In this document: positions 39,758 through 49,508 of the stretch, piece after piece
Numbering within the stretch: the stretch's first letter is position 1
Layout of the letters: every line of letters starts with the position of its first letter
Assembly: GCF_000737315.1 (NCBI RefSeq)
Contig: NZ_JMCB01000008.1
Coordinates: 248,001 to 312,000 of the forward strand
Source: Hyalangium minutum
GTDB lineage: Bacteria > Myxococcota > Myxococcia > Myxococcales > Myxococcaceae
Direction of reading: 5' to 3'
Length of the DNA stretch: 64,000 nucleotides
Notes under the pieces: generated by a model
Databases searched by the model: none
The model's input: the letters and a program-made list of their open reading frames with translations, nothing else
What the model was told of the DNA's origin: nothing
Position numbers and translations under genes: made by a program

Positions 39758-41362
39758 TCAGTCTCGGGCCGCGACGGCCATCACCGTCTGGGCCTTTGGC
39801 AGCTCCACGTCGAAGCGGGCCCCTCCGGTTTCCGCGCGCCCGGCGGTGATTCGCCCGCTGTGCCGCTCCACGATTCCCCGCGCAATGGCCAGCCCCAGCC
39901 CCGTCCCCGGTCTCGGTCCCTCGCGCTTTCGGCCCGTCACGAACGGCTGGAACAAGCGTGGCAACAGCTCGGGTGCGATGCCCGGCCCATTGTCCTCGAC
40001 CACCACTCGCACCCGTTCTCCCTCCTGGGAGCACGTCACTCGCAGCTTCTGGGATGGCACCTCCCGCAGCGCCAGCAATGCGTTCTCGAAGAGCACCACC
40101 AGCACCTGGGACAGCTGTGCTTGATCTGCTTCCAGCTCGATCGCCTCTCCGTCCGGCTGCTCGAAAACCACCTCCGGCGCCAACGCTCCCAGTCCCTGCC
40201 GCGCTGTCGAGTACGCCAGCGCCACCGTGGCCCGCAGATCCACCTTGCGCAGCTCCAGCGGCCTCGGGCGGCCGTAGCGGAGGAGCTCGCCCACGAAGTG
40301 GCTCGCTCGATCAATCTGCTCTCTCATCGCCGCGATGGCCTCGGGATCCGTCCCCTTGCGCTCCAGCAGCTTCAGGTGCGCCCCAAGCACCCCCAGCGGG
40401 TTGCGCACCTCGTGGGCCACCGCCGACGTGAACTGTCCCAGCTCCGCCAGCCGCGCCGCCTGGTCCGCCCGCTCCTCCTGCTTCACCAGCTCCTCGGCCA
40501 GCTCGCTCGCCGCCGCGCGGCCCTTGATCAGCCGCCGGCCGAGCCACTCCTGGAAGCCTTGCCGCACCGGCTCGAAGGCCAACGCCGCCAGCGCCAGCAG
40601 GAAGAACGCTCCCACCCGGTACTCCCTGAGGTAGGGCTCTCCGCTCCCCGCCATCAGCGTCAACACCCCGAACAGGAACCCCGCTGACAGCACCGCCGCC
40701 AGCGCCGAGTACAACAGGCTGCGCTCCAGCAGCCGCCGCTCACTCTCCGCCTGGAGCCCGCCAATCACCTGCGCCAACACCAGCAGCCCGCCCAACACCA
40801 GGTACATGCCGAACGGCAGCGCGTACCCTCCCGAGAGCAACGTCGCGTTCGTGATGCCTCCCAAGTAGGTGAGCACCCCGGCGATGCCCACTCCTCGCAT
40901 CAAGGGCCGCCGCTCGGGAGGTGCCACCCGGTACTCGCGCACCAGGTGCACCAGCGGCACCGTCATCGCCACCACCGCCAGGCCCATCGCCGGCCAAAAC
41001 AGGGGGCCTCGGGTCATCGCCAACGGCCCGTAGAGGACATTGGGCTCCACCACGCCCAGCACCGTGAGCCCCAGCGCCACGAAGTACGCGAAGACCACCA
41101 GCCGGTACGAGCGCTGCCCCGTCACGTTGTACGCCGCGTGGAGAAAGCCCGCGGCCGTGAACGTTCCCACTGACACGAGGCGCTCGCCCAGCCACGCCGT
41201 GCGCGGCATGCACAGCATCAGCAGCGTGCCGCTCCAGGCCGCCACCGTCAGGCAGTACAAGGCCAGCCCTCGCGCGTTCCGCGCACGCAGCGAGGCGGTG
41301 AAGCACAGCAGCAGCGCCACCGAGAGCACTGGCACGAGGCTGTAGGCGAAGAGGGGCCCCAT
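39758..41362 (-). CDS. Multi-TM sensor histidine kinase
   Basis: About 8 TM helices, AHEVRNPL, FENA, DNGPG, GTGLGL. Confidence 0.88.
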   Translation of the reverse strand: MGPLFAYSLVPVLSVALLLCFTASLRARNARGLALYCLTVAAWSGTLLMLCMPRTAWLGERLVSVGTFTAAGFLHAAYNVTGQRSYRLVVFAYFVALGLTVLGVVEPNVLYGPLAMTRGPLFWPAMGLAVVAMTVPLVHLVREYRVAPPERRPLMRGVGIAGVLTYLGGITNATLLSGGYALPFGMYLVLGGLLVLAQVIGGLQAESERRLLERSLLYSALAAVLSAGFLFGVLTLMAGSGEPYLREYRVGAFFLLALAALAFEPVRQGFQEWLGRRLIKGRAAASELAEELVKQEERADQAARLAELGQFTSAVAHEVRNPLGVLGAHLKLLERKGTDPEAIAAMREQIDRASHFVGELLRYGRPRPLELRKVDLRATVALAYSTARQGLGALAPEVVFEQPDGEAIELEADQAQLSQVLVVLFENALLALREVPSQKLRVTCSQEGERVRVVVEDNGPGIAPELLPRLFQPFVTGRKREGPRPGTGLGLAIARGIVERHSGRITAGRAETGGARFDVELPKAQTVMAVAARD

Positions 41363-41395
41363 TTCCCGGCCACTTTGACAGAACCCGCGCCGGTG

Positions 41396-42061
41396 TCAGC
41401 CCGCCGCGAGCAGCCCCTCCGTCACTTCCTCCACGCTCGAGGCCACCGACTGGAGCAGCTCCACCAGCTCCGCGTCCGGCCGCCCCGCGAACTTCAAGAG
41501 CTGCAGCCGCGAGCCCATTTCCTCCAACTGCAACACCACCCGCTCCAGGTCCGCCGCCGTCCGCTCCCGCATCGCCACCAGCCGCTCCATGTTGCGCAGC
41601 CGCGCCTGGACGCTCTGCACCCGCGCGTCCTCCGGTGGCAGCCCGCGCCGCGCCAGCGACTCCAGCTGCTCGGAGGCCGCCGCCCGATCGAACTCGGGCG
41701 TGGCCAACAGCCTGTCCATCTCCGCCACCCGCGCCTCCATCTTCCCCACCGCGTCCACCAGCCCGCGCAACCGCGCCACCTCGGGGCGCAGCACGTCCGC
41801 CGCGAGCCCCTCCACCTGGCTCAGCGCCCCCACCAGCCGCTCCCTCGCGGCCCGGGCCGGAGGCGTCACCGCGGCCGTGGGACTGGCGCGCGCCGGAGCC
41901 AGCAGGAACGGCGCGTACACGGGCCAGAAGAACACGCCGCTCACGAAGGTGACGGCCCGCTCGCCGGGGCTTCGGCCCTCGGCCCGGAGCACGAGCGCCA
42001 CCGCCACCACACCGCCCAGCAGCAAATACAGGATGCAGGTCTCGACGACGCCCATGGCCAA
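41396..42061 (-). CDS. Hypothetical membrane-anchored coiled-coil protein
   Basis: Two N-terminal TM helices, long helical C-terminus. Confidence 0.65.
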   Translation of the reverse strand: MAMGVVETCILYLLLGGVVAVALVLRAEGRSPGERAVTFVSGVFFWPVYAPFLLAPARASPTAAVTPPARAARERLVGALSQVEGLAADVLRPEVARLRGLVDAVGKMEARVAEMDRLLATPEFDRAAASEQLESLARRGLPPEDARVQSVQARLRNMERLVAMRERTAADLERVVLQLEEMGSRLQLLKFAGRPDAELVELLQSVASSVEEVTEGLLAAG

Positions 42062-42068
42062 GCCCTCC

Positions 42069-42806
42069 TCACAGGTATGCGCCGAGCGCCTCGCCCAGCC
42101 GGTACAGCGCCACCGGCGCCACCACGCTGTAGACGCCGCCCCAGCACAGCACGAGCCGCTTCAGGAAGTTGCCCCGCCGCTTGTGGGTGATGGGCAAGTG
42201 CTCGGCCAAGTCACAGAAGCCCCGGTACACGGCCCGGATGCCCCACAGCCCCACGCCGAACGGCAGGCACAGGCCCGCGAAGAGCGCGGTGCCCGGCTCG
42301 TCGAACACGCCCACCACCGTCCCCAGCAGCCACGCCGCGTAGAACGGGAGCACGCCCAGCAGCAGCACGGACATGGTCGCCTGGGCTCGCAGCGCCTGCG
42401 CCGTCACCACCCGGAACGAGGCGTCCAGCCCCGACAGCTGCGTATAGAAGTAGAAGGACGGCAGGCAGATGCACAGCGCCCCGAGGAAGGCGCCTATCAA
42501 CGCCAGCGGCATCCACACCACTGGGTTCCCCGCCTGGTACCAGGCCAGCGAGGTGTCCGGCTCGAACATCCCTGCGGCCAGTCCCAGCACCACTCCATGA
42601 ATGGTGAGCCCCAGCACCGAGAGCGCGAGGAGCTTCTGAATCACTTCGGGCAGCCCCGCCTCGTCTCGCATCAGGCGGTGGAGGCGCGTCTCTCCGCGCA
42701 GGATGAGATCGAACATCCCCGGCACAGGCCCGGGACTGGGCACGGGGTCCGGCTTGAGCTCGGGAGCTGGGAGCACAGGAACATCGAGGGTCGAAGCAGC
42801 GTCCAT
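42069..42806 (-). CDS. Hypothetical polytopic membrane protein
   Basis: About 5 TM segments; CLPSFYFY motif resembling the neighbouring gene. Confidence 0.65.
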   Translation of the reverse strand: MDAASTLDVPVLPAPELKPDPVPSPGPVPGMFDLILRGETRLHRLMRDEAGLPEVIQKLLALSVLGLTIHGVVLGLAAGMFEPDTSLAWYQAGNPVVWMPLALIGAFLGALCICLPSFYFYTQLSGLDASFRVVTAQALRAQATMSVLLLGVLPFYAAWLLGTVVGVFDEPGTALFAGLCLPFGVGLWGIRAVYRGFCDLAEHLPITHKRRGNFLKRLVLCWGGVYSVVAPVALYRLGEALGAYL

Positions 42807-42821
42807 GGCAGCCTCCAGCGC

Positions 42822-43430
42822 TCAGGCGTCGAAGTGGAAGAGGGAGAAGAGCGTCATCAGCTCCGCGCCGATGACACCCACCAGGGCCAGCCAGAGCGTG
42901 GCGTAGGCGCGGCTGCGCTCGGGCTCGAGCGCCTTCATGGTCCGCAGGAATACGTCCACCATGCACACGCCCACGCCCGCGAACACGGTGAGGTTCACCG
43001 CCAGCCGCACGAGGCCGTACGGGAGCGCCAGCCCGAAGAACCAGGTGATGGGGATGCTCGCCAAGAGCGCCAGCGAGCCGAAGCTCACCGTGGAGAGCGC
43101 CGCCAGCAGTGTGGTGGACGCGTCCAGCTTCGAGCCCAGCGCCGAGTTGAGGATGTAGAGCGCCGGCAGCGCGAGCGTCCACGCCAGCCCCGCAGCCACC
43201 GGGGCCTTGAGCAGCCCCGCCAGCATCCCGCCCCAGCCCTCGTGCAGCCTCATCACCAGCCCGTAAGCGGCGATGCCCAGCACCGCGCACATCAACAGCA
43301 CGGGGAAGACAATCGGGTTCGGGCCAGGGGCCAGTCGGCGATCCCTCCAGCGCGTGGTAAACTCCTCGGGTCGGCGCAGCGCCACGCCCACCTCGTGGAG
43401 GGCGGTGCTCAAATCACGGCTCAGGCTCAT
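42822..43430 (-). CDS. Hypothetical polytopic membrane protein
   Basis: About 5 TM segments; ALPALYIL..LG and SIPITWFF motifs. Confidence 0.65.
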   Translation of the reverse strand: MSLSRDLSTALHEVGVALRRPEEFTTRWRDRRLAPGPNPIVFPVLLMCAVLGIAAYGLVMRLHEGWGGMLAGLLKAPVAAGLAWTLALPALYILNSALGSKLDASTTLLAALSTVSFGSLALLASIPITWFFGLALPYGLVRLAVNLTVFAGVGVCMVDVFLRTMKALEPERSRAYATLWLALVGVIGAELMTLFSLFHFDA

Positions 43431-43459
43431 GGGGTGTTCCTCCTCTGCCTCACCCCCTG

Positions 43460-43475
43460 AGCACCCGCCGTGCCA
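43460..43475 (-). promoter_or_regulatory. Sigma54 -24/-12 promoter
   Basis: Minus strand TGGCACGGCGGGTGCT, 29 nt upstream of the ATG at 43430; one base different from the rtcB promoter. Confidence 0.75.
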
Positions 43476-43699
43476 TGAGCCCCAGGGCCTCGAATCACGG
43501 GGTTGGCGCCGCCGCTGTCACCGCCGTTGACGGTGGATGACACCGCGCTTGACGCCTGCACGCCCCGCCACCAGGGAGACAGAAGCGGACCGGCGGATCG
43601 CCTCTGTTCCCGTTCACATCCGGACATTCTGGTCCAAGCCATCCCGGCTAATGCCGCTCAGGGGTAGCGACTCGGATGGGGGGCTGCCGCGCCTGCGGA

Positions 43700-44065
43700 T
43701 GCGGCGCAGCAGGCCGACGGCCTCAGGCCAGCCGAAGCCATGGCGCCGCAGCACCTCGCCCCCCCAGTCAAGGCTGATGTGTACGCCCGCGTGCTGCTCG
43801 AGGTGCACGGCAAGACGCGCGCACGTCCAGCGCGCGAAGGCGTAGCCCTGCTGTCGCGGGTCTCTCTCCATGGCCTTGAGGAGCAACTCCACCGCCGTAG
43901 ATGTCAGCGGGACGGTCGACCCGGATGTGGACGGGCCTCCAGCAACTGGCCACCCTCTTGGCGCCACCTTCGGCGCCATGCGTGCACCGCCCGAGGAATG
44001 CCCCCAGGGTTTTACCCACCTAGCCAGCGCTCTGGCCGCCGGCCAACAACAGAAGGGCTGAAGCG
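43700..44065 (-). mobile_element. IS630-like transposase relic (HTH/winged-HTH part, frameshifted)
   Basis: ALLLLAGGQSAG*VGKTLG, then in another frame ERDPRQQGYAFARWTCARLAVHLEQHAGVHIS...LRRHGF; no DDE domain or intact ORF. Confidence 0.6.
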
Positions 44066-44291
44066 CGCGGTGCCACTCCCTGCTGCTCGTGCGGCGGACC
44101 AGTCCTGCCAGGGAGCGCTGCTCCCCCGGCAGTCAGATGCACTACTTGGCCGGACCTCCTTCGGCGTACGCTGCTCACCACTGTCGCAGCGTACCCCTAA
44201 ACGAAATTACTTCGCTTGGCTTAGCTGCCCCTCCTTTGCCTCTCTGCACCAGCCCACCGCCCAGTAAGAGTGCTCCCATTCCGCCTATACT

Positions 44292-45452
44292 TTAAGGCGC
44301 GCTCGGCGCGGGCGGCAGATAGTTCTGTGTCGAGCGAGCGGATGCAGGCGAAGGACAGAAGTGACGGAAGTCACAGGCATCGCACGTCGCATCGTCTCCA
44401 CCGGCAGGCCAGTGGGCAACTATCGTCCCGTGCTGCGCTTCACGTGCGACGCACGACTCGATGTTGACGACGACGTTATCGAAAGCGCCAACGGCGGCAT
44501 CGATGCTCGGCTGGGTGATGGGGACAATCCGGATCGCCCGCTGCAACCTGAAGGCCGCCGAGAATGAGGGAACGGCGGCCCCAGGGCGCCATGTCCGCAG
44601 TTGATAATCGTCCGGCGAGCCCGAAAGAGGCCGTACATCCGTGCGCCCCTGGTTGACCTCTCGCTGGAGCTGACTGATTCCCGACGGAGCGAGCTCGTTG
44701 ATGTAGAGCAGAACTCCCGCCACGACAGGAGCGGCGCCCGGCTGCCGGGACCGGAGCCAGGCGTACATCTGCAATTGCCAGTCGCCTTGGGTCCAGTACT
44801 CATCATCCAGGGCGGGCCGCCGCGAGCCTTTGTAGTCGACGATGATCTCAGCGCCAGCAGGCAGGTTCGGCACGGCGGCACGGACCGCGTTGCAGATCAT
44901 ATTATTCGTCGTGGCGGTCACCGTCACGGACGACAGCACGTCCATGATTCCGTGAAGCTCGTACATCTGGGCGCGCGCCCGTGCCCCTTGCGGCATGGTG
45001 AGCGAGCGCGTACCGATGACCCGCTCCTCCGCGGAACGGATGAGCGGGAACAGCTCGGGACCGATCTCGTTGACCGCCCGCTCGGCCCGTTCGTACGCGG
45101 ACTCGCGCAAGTTCCTGCTTCGTGGGCTCTTTCCCGCTGCGGCGAGCGTTGCCTCGACCAGGTCCCCGATTGTGCCAATATCGTTCGCGGCACGGTTCGG
45201 AGCTGGGCTGGTGTTATAGGGAGTCGGCGTACAGGGCCAGGGGAAGGGCGGGTGGCTGGCTAGCCAGGTCCGGTACGCCGTCTCCATCACGCCGTGGATG
45301 AACTCGCCGAACCACATCTGGACAGGTCGGGAGGGCGGTAGAGCGCTGCCGTTTTGATAGCGGTACTGTAGCCCGCACCTCATGAATGAGAGCAGATCTC
45401 CCGTAAGCGAGTAGTTGGGAACGAGCTCGGGCTCTCGGCGTTGTTGAAGCAT
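44292..45452 (-). CDS. PD-(D/E)XK nuclease, RecB/AddB/Cas4-like, with 4-Cys Fe-S signature
   Basis: N-terminal FMRCGLQYRY, FGEFIHG, HGIMDV, IVDYKG, QLQMYAWL, C-terminal CDACDFRHFC. Confidence 0.85.
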   Translation of the reverse strand: MLQQRREPELVPNYSLTGDLLSFMRCGLQYRYQNGSALPPSRPVQMWFGEFIHGVMETAYRTWLASHPPFPWPCTPTPYNTSPAPNRAANDIGTIGDLVEATLAAAGKSPRSRNLRESAYERAERAVNEIGPELFPLIRSAEERVIGTRSLTMPQGARARAQMYELHGIMDVLSSVTVTATTNNMICNAVRAAVPNLPAGAEIIVDYKGSRRPALDDEYWTQGDWQLQMYAWLRSRQPGAAPVVAGVLLYINELAPSGISQLQREVNQGRTDVRPLSGSPDDYQLRTWRPGAAVPSFSAAFRLQRAIRIVPITQPSIDAAVGAFDNVVVNIESCVAREAQHGTIVAHWPAGGDDATCDACDFRHFCPSPASARSTQNYLPPAPSAP

Positions 45453-47917
45453 CAGATCAGCTCCAGCGGGATGTTGTTCGCCTGCGGAGGATGGCGTCGG
45501 CCCGAGTACGGAGTCCTCCAGGCCCAGGTGCCGTCGGCCCTCCAGAAGGTGGCGGTATGGCGGATGCTCGTCGAGTACTGCAGGCAGGTGTCCAGGCCAA
45601 CGAGAAGCAACGCGGACTGAGGCCGACTGTAGGCGACATAGTAGAGACGGATCAGATCATCGAAGGTGCGTTGCAGGGCGGTGCGTTGCAAACGGAGCGT
45701 GCCAACGGAGCAGGGCTGGGACAGATCATCCTCCAGGTGAGTGACATTGCTCGGCTGGTCGGGGAATCGCCGGAACCGGGTCTTCGCATGGTTGGTCTTG
45801 AAGTCCGAGCCGACGTCCACGATGACCAGGGGAAACTCAAGCCCCTTGGCTTGATGGATTGTCATCATCGCGAAGCGATCCCGGGGTATGCTTGGCATGA
45901 TCTCTTCATCGACGTCGATCGAACTCTCGGCGATGGGAGCGAAGATGTCTCGTAGGGCGTTCTCCACGCTGATGCGATCGTGCTGCCCTGAACCGTGAAG
46001 CACCAACGCGCGGTAGGGCGAGAACGTCGCCGATTGCGAGATGGCGCGGGTCACCGCCTCCAAGTGCACCTGCCCCTCGGGGTCATCGCGCAGGCTTGGG
46101 AACCAAGCAAGGAGCGTGAAACAGAGCTCTAGGATCGGCCACTCACGCGGCCACGGTTTGCCAGACTGAGACTGACGGCGCCCCCAGGCCATGACGAAGG
46201 CAGACAGGTCATGTGGTTGCACTGGCGGAGGGTTCGTGCCGGCATACTGAGTGTAGGCGACGCGAAATGAGCCCAGATACTGCTGGGCCTCGCCGCGCAG
46301 GCGCATTGTGCTCTGCAACGCCGATCCAGGATCTAGGCACTCCAGCATCGCTCCCAACAACTGCTGGATCACGGGAATGTCGCGGAGCGCTTGCCCTCGT
46401 GGGTTGAAAACGCCGACGTTCCTTGAGGCCAACTCCCGCCGAAGCTGATGAGGAAGCCGGGCCCGGGGAGTCGAGCCCATGAACCCCGAGGTGAACTCGT
46501 TCACGGAGTGCGCTAGGAGCACAGCATCGCCGAAGTCTCCTCCCTGAGGTGCTTTGGCTACGGTCACCGGCCCCATGGCTCCGCTAACGACACGTCCATT
46601 TCCACGGAACACGTCATGGAGGAAGGCAGCGAGGTGCGTCGCCAGTGTCGGGACATCTGACCGGAACATGCCCAGCACCCGCGCTCCGTTGGAAGGGAGA
46701 TGGGCCTGTATCGCCGGTTTGGGAGGCTGGACGCGTGCGGGCGAGAAGTCAGGATCGTTAACGATGAAGGAGTTGAAGAAGGAGACGATCTCGGGCGTGG
46801 AGCGGTAGTTCGCGATGAGATCCAGTCGCTGCGCGGCGACGTTGGGCACCACGGTGGCGAGCCGCGTCCGAAAATCCCGGAAGAGTTCCACTGTGGCGCC
46901 GCGGAACCGGTACAGGGACTGATCGTCATCACCCACAACCGACAGGGACGCGTTGGATCGCCGGAAGAGCTCGAAGTAGATGCTCTCTTGGAGGAGGTTG
47001 GTGTCCTGGTACTCGTCCACAAGAATGGCACGGACGACATCCGTGAAGCGCGCAAGGCGTCCAGTCCGTAGCCGCTCAAGAAAGGCCTGCTCAAGTAGGG
47101 CGAAGTCCAGGCGGTTGGTGTCCCGCAGGTGCTGCACATAGGCGCCATATCCCCGGACCAGCAGGGCGCGGGCCCCGGTGTGCGTCGGCAGTGTCTGGAA
47201 GGTGGGGAGGTCGATGATGTCGTGCGCGAAGCGATCGAAGATCGGGCGCACGCTGCGGATGAGTTCCCCCACATTCCCCGGGGCAGTGCCGTCAAAAGTG
47301 AAGTTCGCGAGGTAGCCGGCGACTGCGGGATCGATCGTACCGGTGTTGTAGACCGTGTTGGTGAGGCCGCGGCGGTGCATGAGCGCATCCGCCGCGAACC
47401 CCTCGAGCAGGGCGGGAGCAGGGTCCGTGGCCACGCGCAGCGTGCGCAACGCGTCCTCACACAAACTGTCGAGAGTTCCCGTCACGAAACGGTTGACGTC
47501 AACTTGGGCTAGGTGAGGTTGCAGTTGGGAAGGACCGTGCTGCCGCAGATAGCCCACCAACTGGAGCCCCCACTCGATGAGCCGGGTGCGAATCTCCGCC
47601 GCAGCCTTCTTCGTGAACGTGGTAAGCAGCACATGCTCGGGCAGAAGACCGTCGACGATGACGAGCCGGAGTGCCCGGAGCACAAGCACGGTTGTCTTAC
47701 CGCTGCCTGGACCCGCGACAATCTGAAGAGGCGTCGCGGGAGGGTGGAGAATGCACGCCTCCTGCTGTGCATCCGGTGCGGGAAGACGGCCTGGCTGTGG
47801 CCGGAACCGGGGAATCGCGAAGCGGATGGCAGGGATGAAGTCTGTGATGGGCAGCAAGGCAGGAGATCGGCGTGAGAGGTGCGCGAAGGCACGGAAGTCG
47901 TCCTGATTATGACACAC
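45452..47917 (-). CDS. UvrD/Rep-family SF1A DNA helicase
   Basis: AGPGSGKT, TFTKKAA, VDEYQD, GDDDQSLYRFRGA, NYRST, MTIHQAKGLEF, YVAYSRP; true start may be TTG 47857. Confidence 0.92.
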   Translation of the reverse strand: MCHNQDDFRAFAHLSRRSPALLPITDFIPAIRFAIPRFRPQPGRLPAPDAQQEACILHPPATPLQIVAGPGSGKTTVLVLRALRLVIVDGLLPEHVLLTTFTKKAAAEIRTRLIEWGLQLVGYLRQHGPSQLQPHLAQVDVNRFVTGTLDSLCEDALRTLRVATDPAPALLEGFAADALMHRRGLTNTVYNTGTIDPAVAGYLANFTFDGTAPGNVGELIRSVRPIFDRFAHDIIDLPTFQTLPTHTGARALLVRGYGAYVQHLRDTNRLDFALLEQAFLERLRTGRLARFTDVVRAILVDEYQDTNLLQESIYFELFRRSNASLSVVGDDDQSLYRFRGATVELFRDFRTRLATVVPNVAAQRLDLIANYRSTPEIVSFFNSFIVNDPDFSPARVQPPKPAIQAHLPSNGARVLGMFRSDVPTLATHLAAFLHDVFRGNGRVVSGAMGPVTVAKAPQGGDFGDAVLLAHSVNEFTSGFMGSTPRARLPHQLRRELASRNVGVFNPRGQALRDIPVIQQLLGAMLECLDPGSALQSTMRLRGEAQQYLGSFRVAYTQYAGTNPPPVQPHDLSAFVMAWGRRQSQSGKPWPREWPILELCFTLLAWFPSLRDDPEGQVHLEAVTRAISQSATFSPYRALVLHGSGQHDRISVENALRDIFAPIAESSIDVDEEIMPSIPRDRFAMMTIHQAKGLEFPLVIVDVGSDFKTNHAKTRFRRFPDQPSNVTHLEDDLSQPCSVGTLRLQRTALQRTFDDLIRLYYVAYSRPQSALLLVGLDTCLQYSTSIRHTATFWRADGTWAWRTPYSGRRHPPQANNIPLELI

Positions 47918-47999
47918 TCAGGCAGGCAACCACTGAGTCTAATTAGTCTGCGCTCCCGCTCGGGGCCGCCAGCCCCGTGCAGCCAGGAGTTCACGTCCC

Positions 48000-48863
48000 G
48001 TGCGGTACTTCATCATGGTCGCAGCCGGAGCCGCCCTCTGGGGCTTCTGGCCGCTCTTCCTGCACCCGGCTGGCCTCTCCGGTGTCCAGAACGCGTTTCT
48101 CGCCATGGCCACCATGGCGTTGATCTCGCCCTTCCTCCTGCGGCGCGAGTCCCTGAAGGACCGACGGGCCACGCGGGCGCTCGTCCTCATGGGGGTGGCG
48201 GACGCCCTCAACGTGGCCCTCGTCTTCGCCGCCGTGAAGCGTGGCCCCGTGGCCATCGCCATCCTCACGCACTACCTGGCGCCCCTGCTGGTGGCGCTGA
48301 CGGCGCCCTGGGTCATCCGCGAGCGCCGCTCCCTGCGGGCCCTCATCGGCGCTCCCCTCACCTCACTGGGCCTGGGCATGCTCATCTGGAAGCCGGGCGA
48401 GGACTTCTCCGGGTGGACGGCGGTGCTCGGCGGCGCCAGCGCCATCTTCTTCGCCGCCACCGTCTTCTGCGCGAAGGAGGCCGCGCGGGCCTGGTCTCCC
48501 ATCGCCGTCACCTCCGTTCACTCCGCAGTGGGCGCGCTCACCCTGCTGATCCTCTTCAGGGGCAGCGCCCTGCCTCCCATCGAGGTGCCCGTGCTGTGGG
48601 TGCTCGCGGGCGGCGTGGTGAGCGGGCTGATCGGCAACGTCCTCTTCAACCAGGGCATGCGGCACATCCCCACCTCCACCACGGGCGCGCTCACCTACCT
48701 GGAGCCCCTCACCGCCACCGTGCTCGGGTGGCTCGTCTTCCACGAGGCGCTCGGCCTCTGGGGCCTGCTGGGAGGAATCCTCGTCCTGACCGTGGGGGTC
48801 TGGGTCGCAACGGAGCCCCGCACCTTGGGTTCGCCTTTACCATCAATTTCTGGTACTCCTTGA
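48000..48863 (+). CDS. DMT/EamA family transporter
   Basis: About 10 TM helices, two EamA repeats, LTYLEP motif. Confidence 0.85.
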   Translation: MRYFIMVAAGAALWGFWPLFLHPAGLSGVQNAFLAMATMALISPFLLRRESLKDRRATRALVLMGVADALNVALVFAAVKRGPVAIAILTHYLAPLLVALTAPWVIRERRSLRALIGAPLTSLGLGMLIWKPGEDFSGWTAVLGGASAIFFAATVFCAKEAARAWSPIAVTSVHSAVGALTLLILFRGSALPPIEVPVLWVLAGGVVSGLIGNVLFNQGMRHIPTSTTGALTYLEPLTATVLGWLVFHEALGLWGLLGGILVLTVGVWVATEPRTLGSPLPSISGTP

Positions 48864-48934
48864 ATCCCGAAGCTCCCTGTTATGTAGTATTAGAGGGTTT
48901 ATTCTAGGAGACCCTCTCTTCCACGTCGTGCCGT

Positions 48935-49492
48935 ATGGAACCCTCCGTCGACAGCCGGGACTATCGCGTCCTCTTCTTCTGCCCCGCCTCCCACGCCCGT
49001 GTGGAGCGCATCGAGGCGCCCGTCCGTCGGCTGCTGTCTCGCATCCAGGCGCCTCCGGCGGATCTGGTGCAGCTCGAGGAGGCCGGCACGCTGAACGAGG
49101 CCGGGTGGAAGGTCTTCATGGTGCGCTCGATCGGTGAGCGCTCCGCAGCCCACGCGCTGGCGGCGTACGTGAGCGAGGTGACGTGCTCGCTCGCCGCGGA
49201 GCTGGATGCGGAGGTGCTCGGGCTCTACATCGACGTGACGGGAGACTCGGCGCGCATCTGCCGGTGTGGCCCGGAGGACGGGCCGGAGACGTTCGCGGGC
49301 CGCCGCCACGTGGCGCTGGGCCGCACCGCTGAGTGGCTCGAGGTGTCGCCGGCCGCTCTCTCGGCCCTCTTCCAGGTGGACATGCCGGACGACTACGAGC
49401 CGGACGCCGAAGACAGGTACGTGGAGCAGAAGCTGCGCGAGGCCCGCGAGTTCATGGAGCAGTACCGGCGGGGGAACAAGATCAGCACATGA
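48935..49492 (+). CDS. Hypothetical protein
   Basis: 185-aa ORF with host-like codon bias between two + strand genes. Confidence 0.6.
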   Translation: MEPSVDSRDYRVLFFCPASHARVERIEAPVRRLLSRIQAPPADLVQLEEAGTLNEAGWKVFMVRSIGERSAAHALAAYVSEVTCSLAAELDAEVLGLYIDVTGDSARICRCGPEDGPETFAGRRHVALGRTAEWLEVSPAALSALFQVDMPDDYEPDAEDRYVEQKLREAREFMEQYRRGNKIST

Positions 49493-49508
49493 GGTACATG
49501 CTTCGGGC

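Noticed and set aside
44292-45452. CRISPR cas4, addB or Gabija gajA call
   Set aside because: No cas1 or array; lacks the long AddB helicase-like N-terminus; no ABC-ATPase/TOPRIM motifs of GajA
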